The notes beneath the pieces were generated by a model that was given only the letters and a program-made list of their open reading frames with translations, searched no databases and was not told the DNA's origin. This document shows positions 54,301-64,000 of a stretch of 64,000 nucleotides of DNA, piece by piece. The DNA is from the human T2T-CHM13v2.0 reference genome, Homo sapiens, in the NCBI RefSeq assembly GCF_009914755.1, contig NC_060947.1. One strand, 5' to 3'. Position 1 is the stretch's first letter, and each line of letters begins with the position of its first letter. A program made the position numbers and the translations under genes.

Positions 54301-54979
54301 ATGGTTACGGGCAGCCTAGCCAGCCTTAATAAGCTACTCCTGCAAAATGGAAATGAAGAAATCTATTATGGGAATTAGAAACACATCACATTCAATTTTG
54401 TGTGGCAAAACAGAGGTTTAATATTGATAAATATAAGAATCCAATAATATATAGCAGGTGTGATGCATGGTCTATCTGTCCCTGTCCTCTTTATCTGCAT
54501 ATCAGGTCACACTGCTGCAAAATTTAGACTGCACACACCAGAACATGTGCATCTGATTGGATTTGGGTTTGTTGCAGGATGGAATTGGACCAAACAGTCA
54601 CTCCTGTGGGTCAGTTTTTATTAATTACAGCGAACCTCCCTTCTCCTAGTCTAACATGGCCCTTTGCAGTTGTCAGTCAATGTAAAGCCTTTCTTCTGCC
54701 TGTAAATAGGATATGTTGGAAAGATTAAGCTCACACCTAAGTGAAAAAGGATGGATAAAAGGCAGGAGACTGGCCTTTTACTGTTGTCACTCCACGTGCC
54801 AACCCTTTTACTTCAGGAACACTCTCAAAACGAGTTACAGATTTAGATTTCTCCTATTTTCAGTGTGTACTATTAAGCTAGGGAGAAAAGATCCAGAATA
54901 GGAAAGATGACTTAATGGAAATTAATATGTTGAGTCCGGAGATTTGTACCATATAAATATCTAACTATTAAAAAGAGGT

Positions 54980-55010
<31 letters not shown>

Positions 55011-55239
55011 GAACAGAAATAAAATTAGAATTTAGTCACATTGCAAGCAAATAAATGTAGAGTCATCATGACTTCTAAAACTATTACAATTATCCAAGTC
55101 TAGCTGACACAAAATTCTGAACACTAACTAAATAATTTTTCTCGATGCTACCAACTCCTCTCTTCTTTGGGTTAAGAGCAACACAACATGGTCAATTCAA
55201 ACACAGTGGCGTCTCATAAAAAGTTTTTTTTTTTTTCAA

Positions 55240-56003
55240 AAGGCTCAGCATCACTAATCATCAGAGAAGTGCAAATTAAAACTACAATGAAATACCATCT
55301 TACACCAGTCAGAATGGCTATTATTAAAAAGTAAAGAAACAGCAGATGTTGGTGTGGGTGCAGAGAAAAGGGAACACTTATACACTAGTGGTGGGAATGT
55401 AAATTAATACAACCTGTATGGAAAATAGTATGGAGATTTCTCAAAGAGCTAACAATAAAACTACCATTTGACCCAGCAATCCCACTACTGGGTATCTACC
55501 CAAAATAAATCATTATATAAAAAGACATCTGCACTCATATGTTTATTGCAGCACTATTCACAATAGCAAAGTCACAGAATCAACCTACCTGCCCTTTAAC
55601 AGATGATTGGATAAAGAAAATGTAGTACACAGACACCATGGAATACTGCTCAGCCATAAAAATGAATGGAATTATATATTTTGCAGCAACAGGGATGGAA
55701 TTGGAGGCCATTTTCCCAAGTGAAATGACTCAAAAAAGTCAAATGCTGCACGTTCTCACAAGTGGGAGCTAAATAATGGTGCACACGGACATACAAAATG
55801 AAATAATAGACGTTGGAGACTCCAAAGGGAGGGTAGGAAAAGGGTTAAAGGATGAAATTCTACCTATTTGGTACAATGTACACTATTTGGATGATGGTTA
55901 CAGTAAAAGCCCAGACTTTACCACCACACAATATATCAATGTAACAAAATTGCACTTGTACCCTCAAATCTGCAAAACTAAAAATAAATATTTAAAAATA
56001 AAA
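55240..56003 (+). mobile_element. L1PB-type 3' fragment (ORF2 end plus 3' UTR)
   Basis: catcttacaccagtcagaatggctattattaaaaag; aaaagcccagactttaccacc; A-rich tail. Confidence 0.9.
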
Positions 56004-56418
56004 ACTTTTACATAGTGAATTCGTCCAGTAGCTTTATCAAGATGTAATTTATATACCATCAAATTTACCCCTTTGAAGAGTACATTTCAATGTTTTTTCA
56101 GTGTATGTACAGAGTTGTGCAACCTTCACCGTAATCTACTTTTGAAGTGTTTTCATCACGCCAAAAAGAAACCCTGCACCCTTTATTACTCACACCATAT
56201 TCTTTCCCCTCCAGCCCCTGGCAAACACTCGTCTCCTCTCTGCCTTCATGCATTTGCTTATTCTGGACATTTTGCATAAATCGGATCCTACAGGATGTGG
56301 TTTTATGTGACCGGCTTCTTTTGCTCAGGATCATGCTTTGGTTTCATCCATGTTGTAGGAGGTGCCAATACTTTTTTCCTTTTTTATAAATTGCTGGATA
56401 GAATTTTTCTGTTATCAA

Positions 56419-57353
56419 TGTGTTGATAACACATTGATATCAGCTCCCCATGCACCCCTTAATATATTTTCAGATAAACAAGGGGATCCATTGAAGCTCT
56501 GCTCCTTTAACGTGAGCACCACGTTAAGCTTCCCCAGCAGAGGGTGCTGGAGAGATAGTGCAAAAGAAAGGCTGCAATTTTCGGCTCAGGGGGCGAGATC
56601 GGAAGTGCGGTTATGACATCTGGTGGCACCTCTTCCAGCCATAGGCCCAGGTTGCAGCCTTTCAGCAACTCTGACACCTAAGCCTGGCAATATTATTTCC
56701 CCAGCTTTCTCAGCTGAGAAACCAGAGTTCCCTTCCGAGTCTGACACATCAAGCTGTTGTCCTTCTTCAAACTTCCCACATGGCTGTGTCCCTTTGAACC
56801 TTCTGTCCACTCCAATGCACAGACTCCCTAACACAGTGGTTGCCGATCACCTGCCCTCTCACCTGCACTCTAGAATGTGGCCCACAGTCTGCCCAGCAAC
56901 TCAAGACCAACTCTGGCCTGGCCAAATCTCCAAACATCTCCACTCTTTTTTTTTGTTTGTTTGAGACGGAGTCTCGCTCTGTCGCCCAGGCTGGAGTGCA
57001 GTGGCGCAGTCTCCACTCCACCTCCCGGGTTCATCCCATTCTCCTGCCTCAGCCTCCCGAGTAGCTGGGACTACAGGCGTCCGCCACCATGCCCTGCTAA
57101 TTTTTTGTATTTTTCAGTAGAGGTGGGGTTTCACTGTGTTAGCCAGGATGGTCTCGCTCTCCTGACCTCGTGATCCGCCCGCCTCGGCCTCCCAAAGTGC
57201 TGGGATTACAGGCGTGAGCCACCACGCCCGGCGAGTCTATGCATGCATGTCTTATAGTTACTCTTTTATAACTCTTCATAATTCTTCACATTAAACTCTC
57301 CCTATTTAATCCCACTGCATGGTTTGTCTTTTGCCTGGACTCAAACTTCCACA
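56419..57353 (+). mobile_element. ERVL LTR (LTR41/LTR33-like)
   Basis: TG...CA-bounded insert within L1M; ccagcagagggtgctggagag segment typical of this group. Confidence 0.5.
56946..57232 (-). mobile_element. AluY, CpG-rich, small internal deletion
   Basis: gttagccaggatggtctcg, gacctcgtgatccgcccgcctcggcc. Confidence 0.93.
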
Positions 57354-60157
57354 GTATTTCATTGTATAGGTATACCACATATTGTTCATCCATGCGTCAA
57401 CTGATGGTCATTTGGGTTGTTTCCATTTGTTTGGCTCTTAGCAATAATGCTGCTATGAACATTTATGTGCAAGTCATATGTTTTATTTCTCCAGGGTAGC
57501 TACGTAGGAGTTGAATTGCTGGAGCACTTGGTACATTTGTCTTTAACTTTGTAAGAAACTGCCAAACTATTTTCCAAAGTGGCTGCACCATTTGTCCTTC
57601 CCATTAGCAATGTGTGAAGGTTCCAATTTGTCTACATCCACATCAACACTTATTATGTTCTATCTTTTATGATTATAGCCATTCTAGTATATTTTATACT
57701 ACAAATTCAAGTTATTGAAGCCAAAAATGAAGGTTGAGTTAAAAAAAAAAAAATCAGAATTGTGTCCAGTACTCAAGAAGAAATAGGAAAGTGATGTCTA
57801 TTATTTTGTTCTTGTTCTTATCAAAAGTTAAGGGACCAGTTCTTTCTGGGCTGCAATCATGGTAACATGTTCTTTCTTGGATGCTGTGACAGCAGGGTAA
57901 ATGAAAGGAAACTCACAGTTTTTGGAACAAAAGCCATAGAACATTTCATTTCAAGAAAAAGTTAATACAAACTTCAGTAAAATAATGTGAAGAAAATGTT
58001 AAGCCAAAAAGACAATTTGATTTTGGAACTTTTTATGTGTAGGTAATTTTCTCTTTATTTTTTTTCTGGTAGAAACTTTAAAACTAACTCAACAGTTGGT
58101 CCAAAAACAACATTTAACCATTATTTTCTAGGCTACACATTTGGGCCCAGTACAACTCCAAGAAATGGAGAAATGCTCTGTTTCCGTTTGGAATTCAGGG
58201 AATCTTTCTGGCTGTGGTACAGATTTCCTGTGTTTTGCTCCAGGATGGTTGAAATTTGGGCAGCTCAATCAGGTTCAAATTATGTTAGAATAGCATTTGC
58301 ATTCTAGTTACAAAGCAAGGCTTTGAATTCCCACCCACACTTTCTTGGCTTGAATCACCATCCTCATCAGTCTAAAGAAAGTGAAATCTTTTAAACAAGA
58401 CAGGATGAAAGAAAAGTTGGGCTGAAAAAGAAAAACTTAGAAACTTTCGTGATTAAGTTAGCTCTTCCTAAAGTGTTCAGATCACAAGCCACCTCCTAGC
58501 ACCTCATTTGAGATTCCACTGAGTAAAGTACATACCTTCAAGGTGATTAGAATGAGTTAGCAAACATCACGGATTAAAAAAAAAACACTTTGGAAGCTGT
58601 TTGTTAAATCTTGCAGAATTTTTAGCTGGTTTAAGTATCAGACACCAAGTCCAGATATGAAGACATATGAGGTTTTGTGGTGGTGGAAACTACTCAATCC
58701 ACTGATATCTCCGGTTCCATGAAGAGCCACGTTAGTCTGTGATATTAAAGTATGATGTCAATTCTTTGAGCCTTTTGGGCTTCAATATGTATATTTAACA
58801 ATACAGGGGCTTCAGCATAGGGTACACTACTTTATGAATGTATGGGACTTTGGTTTTATGACACATAAAAAAGACAGTGCATATATAACTGGTTAGTCCA
58901 GTATATGTACATTTTAAATAATTATGATTCTAACAGTATGGTCTCCGATGTTTGAATATATTGTTTAAGCAAAAATAGTCCTTGGAAAGGTTGCAACGTG
59001 ATAGAGGAAGAGACACAGGAACCCTATTTTGGAGACAAATTTCCATTCAGGGAAGAACTTTTATAGATACTCACTGAAGAGTATCTAAAAGCATCATGCT
59101 TGCACCTATTTATCTGGTTTTTTTTCCCCAGATCTCCATTGCCAAATGATGTCATCAACCCATCTTTGTATAAACAGAAAATGAAAGAGACCTATAATTT
59201 CTATATTTTGTCTTTTGATTCCAACAGCATTATTATTTTAGGAGAGAGGTCTAGATCAACAGCTCTAAAATGACACCAACAGAACAGCAGTGAAGAAGGC
59301 ATTCTCGGAGGCTGCACATTTCTGGAAGACAGCATGAAGATATGCCTCAAGTGCAAACAAATATTTGGTTTGGACTTAGCAATTCTATTTCAGAGAATTT
59401 GGCCCTACACAATAAAAAAAAAAAGCCAAGATTTAAATGCAGATATTACCTACATAAAAATTTGTAACTAAAAAAAGTAAGCCAAGCAAAATATCTAACA
59501 TCATAGAACTCATTAACTAAATTATAGAAATGACTTTATTGTGTATAGAAAAATTATTCAATTCTACAAAATTTAAAGTACTTGGGGGAAAAGGCATTGA
59601 AATGACATACCCAAAGTTCACCTCAAATGTAACCAGTCTAGAGGACATGATTGCAGACTTTTGATATATGGATACCAGGATATGCAGATAGACAGAGATT
59701 CAGATAGAAATGTTTTAAGGACCATGTGTTTAAAGTAAGAACCAGTAAATGTATTTTTCTTAAATTTTGCTTTAGAAAAAAAACCAGAAGTGATACCAAA
59801 GGGATTGCTGATCTTCAAATATTTGAGGCTGGGGTGTCTAGGAATACAGTAGGACATGAATCCTTAAAAAGTGAGATAGGGTCAACTGCATAAGTAATGT
59901 GTTGCAAATTCACTTTACATATATAGCATTTTAACTATGCTATTTGGTAAAAACCAAGAGTAGCTGATAAAATGCAGTCTGTTCCTGGATTAAAATAGAA
60001 ACTCTGTTGTCTTTCTATCTGCACTTCTGACACTTTTGATGTTCTCATTTGTTATGCTCTCAAGCCATCTCAACCTAACTTGTCCTTCCCTCACCCCCAA
60101 AAATTGGCTGGGAAAGAGGAGAAATTAGGGCATCCTCAAACTATACCTCCTAGACTA

Positions 60158-60772
<615 letters not shown>

Positions 60773-62586
60773 AAGAATGAACCAGCCTGGGGCCATTCCT
60801 GAAGGGCTGTTTATGGCATTAAAACAAACAACTACAAAAAGTTGATATGAATCGTATGATACATGATTACCAGGATATGCAGGTTATATTATAGCCCTGA
60901 AATCAAGATCAGTAACGGTAACCTGAAACTGGGATCCACAACTTATTAATTCCGGTGAGTCACCCATGTTCACTCATATTTATTGATGAATTCAATATTT
61001 ATTCATAACTAATAATTTATTATGAAAATATTTGGTGAATAAGACTCTTCTTTACCAAGAAAAGTGTATCCTGGAATAGAAATGTTAGAAATTTTTTATA
61101 CTGAAAACAATTTTTTAAGTATTTCTTTTGGTACTTAGCTCCACATTTTAAAAAATTTTTTTCTTTTCTTCTCTTTTTAAAAAAATAGACAAATAATAAT
61201 TGCACATATTCATTGGGTACATAGTGATGTATGCCAAGAAGTGAATTTCAAAATTCTTAAGAAGAAGAATAGCAATGAAAAAGACAAGGTGAGAATCCTA
61301 TCCCCAAAGTAACTCCTTAGAAGTTTTCCAAATAAGTGAAATACGTATATGAAAATTTGAAATTAACACAGGTAATTCTTCTTCAGTATATCCATCTATA
61401 CATAATGAAACTGAAGAAGATAAAGCTGTTTGTTCCTTGGGACAGTCTAAGAATAAATAAATGATAAAACATTTTGAAAAAGAAAGAAAAAGGTGAGCCA
61501 CGATTTTTGTTTTTGAAATAAAATTTATAATTTTGTTACAATAAAAAGTTGGACTTCCATTTCCCCTCAAAATATAATGTTTTAAACATGTCTTCTGCAG
61601 TTAAATACTGAAATACCAGTATTCTCAGTTGACTCTGTTATTGCAATCACTAAATATCACCATTGGCATGTGGGCCTGTGGAATGGCGATGTGAATAACA
61701 TGACACTTCCTTTCCTTCATTTCCCTACAATACAGTATTGTGAAGCAAACTTTAGTGGAAGTTGAAGAATATCTAGAGCTAATTTTAGTGAGCAAAAAAT
61801 AAACCTTCCCCACAACTGAATGTCAAATATTACTGTCCAGGGGAAATGAAAAAAAAAATTCACATGGCATCAGCACTTAATATATTCCAGTTCTAGCCAT
61901 GTGCAGTGATCCTGAAGACTACTCATTTTCTCTTTGAATTGGGGGCAGAGATAGACAAAGGTAGAGTTAATGTAAAAACAAAAGCTGGAAACCAGTGAGA
62001 GAAAGATAAAGAGACAGAATAACAGTTCTCAGCCCTCTACCAACCCAACCATCAACTCAAAGTCGAGACAACATTACCTCCAACTTGCCAAACTTGCTTC
62101 CACCTCCAAATTGACCATTATTTCTCTAGGAGTGAAATTCATATAATACAAGGTTTTGAAACTTTGCCTTTTCTAAAATCTGAGTTATGGTCATTCAGGT
62201 GTTAGCAGAAGGGGCTTCGTAACCCAACTCTTGAGAACAGTTCAGAAACACGACATTCATCATCTTTCTGCCATGATGGCAAAGCTCCATGACCCTGTGC
62301 TTTCCAATGTGGTAGTCCTAGCCTCACATGGATATGAGCACTTGAAATGTGCTGAGACAGAGGAACTGAATTTCTCATTTTATTGATTTCTAACTAGTTT
62401 GAATTTAAGCTGCTGCATGCAGTGAGTGGCTACCGTATGTATTGAGCAGAAGAACTCCAGTTGAAATAAATAAATACTCTATGGTTAAGTCCCTTCCAGG
62501 TCGCCTTGTCACTCTGAGGGGAAGTTTTATCTCCTCAATCTTTTTGGTCTTTAACCAGATAATTATTAGAAAACTTAATATCAAGT

Positions 62587-62649
62587 GCACACACACACAC
62601 ACACACACACATACACACACACGCACACACACACACATACACACACACA
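62587..62649. repeat. Interrupted (CA)n microsatellite
   Basis: Directly visible. Confidence 0.95.
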
Positions 62650-63324
62650 AACACGTGCATCCTTTCAAAGATTAACAACAAGCTAATGCAACCTAAATCA
62701 TGGTCAAAAAGAGAAATTGTTTCCTAAGTGGAGCATAACCCCCTAAGAAAGCATTGCCAATTTTTTTAAGCTCTTCTTTTGTTTCCATGCCAAGCCTCTA
62801 CCTCTACCAGTGCTTAAGGAACCAACCCATTCCCATGCATTTTCAAATTACTGACCCACCTTTTGCTCAAATAGACATTAAACTTGCTAAAACTTTGCAT
62901 TTACTCACCTTCTTTATTTTATGCCAAATTACATTCTTAAACTAAGCAAGCCTTATAAGACTTTACTGTTCACCTCTAGTCAGAGCAGGATTCCAGGGAG
63001 TTTAGACATTTGTTCAGTTACAAAGATACTTTTAGAAGAAAATATTTTGGTTATATAAAATTGAGCAATGGCATTGGAAATATTTTGAAGTAGAATAAAG
63101 TGAAACTAAAGGCCTCAAGTATAAAAAGAAATTAAGATATTTTTCTTCCTCTGTACAAGGGCCAAATTTTCATTTTCTTGGCAATTAGGATATTTTGTCA
63201 AAATATAATGGAACTCTTTTGAGTTGTACGCATATTAATGTATAATAAAATCAAACACCATAAATATATATCAAATTGAAAAGAAAAAATACTCAACACA
63301 GATTCTTGAAACTATAGAGTAGAT

Positions 63325-63548
63325 AAGGGTTAAGCAATTTATTTTTTCTTAATGGTCAAAAGTAATGTTTTAGGCTTTGCATACTGTATGTTCTTTGTCA
63401 CAGCTACTCTGCCCTTTTAACACAAAAGTAGCCATAGACAGTACATAAACAAATGAGCATGACTGTGTTCCAATAAAACTTTACTTACAAAAACTAACCA
63501 GTGGGCCTCAATTTGGCCTGAAGTGGTGGACACTGTAGTTTGCTGAGC
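63325..63548 (-). mobile_element. MER58-like hAT element
   Basis: ttttaggctttgc..gccatagaca..ctgtgttccaataaaacttta. Confidence 0.75.
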
Positions 63549-63670
63549 AATGAGGTAGATAAAAAATATGAAACTATACTTTTGGTAAATGCTGACTGCA
63601 CAGCAACTAGAAAAATAAACATATAGATATCTCATTAATCAAGTTGAAAACCTATTACTGTGAACAATGG

Positions 63671-64000
63671 TGTACTAATTCGTTCTCACGCTGCTATAAA
63701 GAACTGCTTGAAACTGGGTAATTTATAAAGGAAAGAGGTTTAATTGACTCACAGTTTTGCGTGGCTGGGAAGGCCTCAGAAAACTTATAATCATGGCAGA
63801 AGGGGAAGAAAACACATCCTTCTTAATATGGTGGCAGGAGAGAAGTGCTAGCAGGGGAAATGCAAGACACTTATAAAACCATCAGATCTTGTGAGAACTC
63901 AGTATCACGAGAACAGCATGGGGGAACCACCCCCATAATCCAATCACTTTCCACTGGGTCCCTCCCATGACACGTGGGGATTATGAGAACTGCAATTCAA
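63671..64000 (-). mobile_element. THE1D-like LTR, cut by window edge
   Basis: gttctcacgctgctataaagaactg..gactcacagtt..aaaccatcagatcttgtgagaactc. Confidence 0.9.

Larger units (their letters stand above)
56030..57690 (-). mobile_element. Old L1M fragment split by an LTR and AluY
   Basis: L1M 3' sequence at 56030-56400 resumes at 57354 (gtatttcattgtat...ttttccaaagtggctgcacc). Confidence 0.75.

Noticed and set aside
54987-55010. Isolated poly(A) run as the tail of a processed pseudogene
   Set aside because: No convincing TSD and no recognisable upstream cDNA

Overview
This is AT-rich, CpG-depleted primate (human-like) genomic DNA, not prokaryotic. Much of it is recognisable interspersed repeat: Alu J/S/Y and FLAM, L1/L2/MIR fragments, MaLR LTRs (THE1/MST/MLT), ERV1 solo LTRs including an intact HERV-H LTR7, a decayed ERVL internal region, and Tigger/MER DNA transposons. 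Repeat names are from recalled consensus sequences, not a RepeatMasker run. None of the listed ORFs is a credible protein gene, and I see no rRNA, tRNA or CRISPR. The best-supported functional structure is the 5' end of a minus-strand spliced transcript: a candidate first exon ending at a CAG|GTAGGT donor at 11164 and a clean 90-nt exon at 5283-5372. Upstream lie a GC box, three tandem CCAAT boxes, two perfect NRF2/BACH1-type elements and an LTR-borne CTCF motif. I cannot name the gene. Other notable items are a patchwork of direct and inverted templated duplications at 5.9-7.5 kb, a twin-primed L1, a duplicated ERVL gag segment and a co-oriented LTR7. I found no evidence for a wholly new biological system; the findings are regulatory and structural hypotheses.
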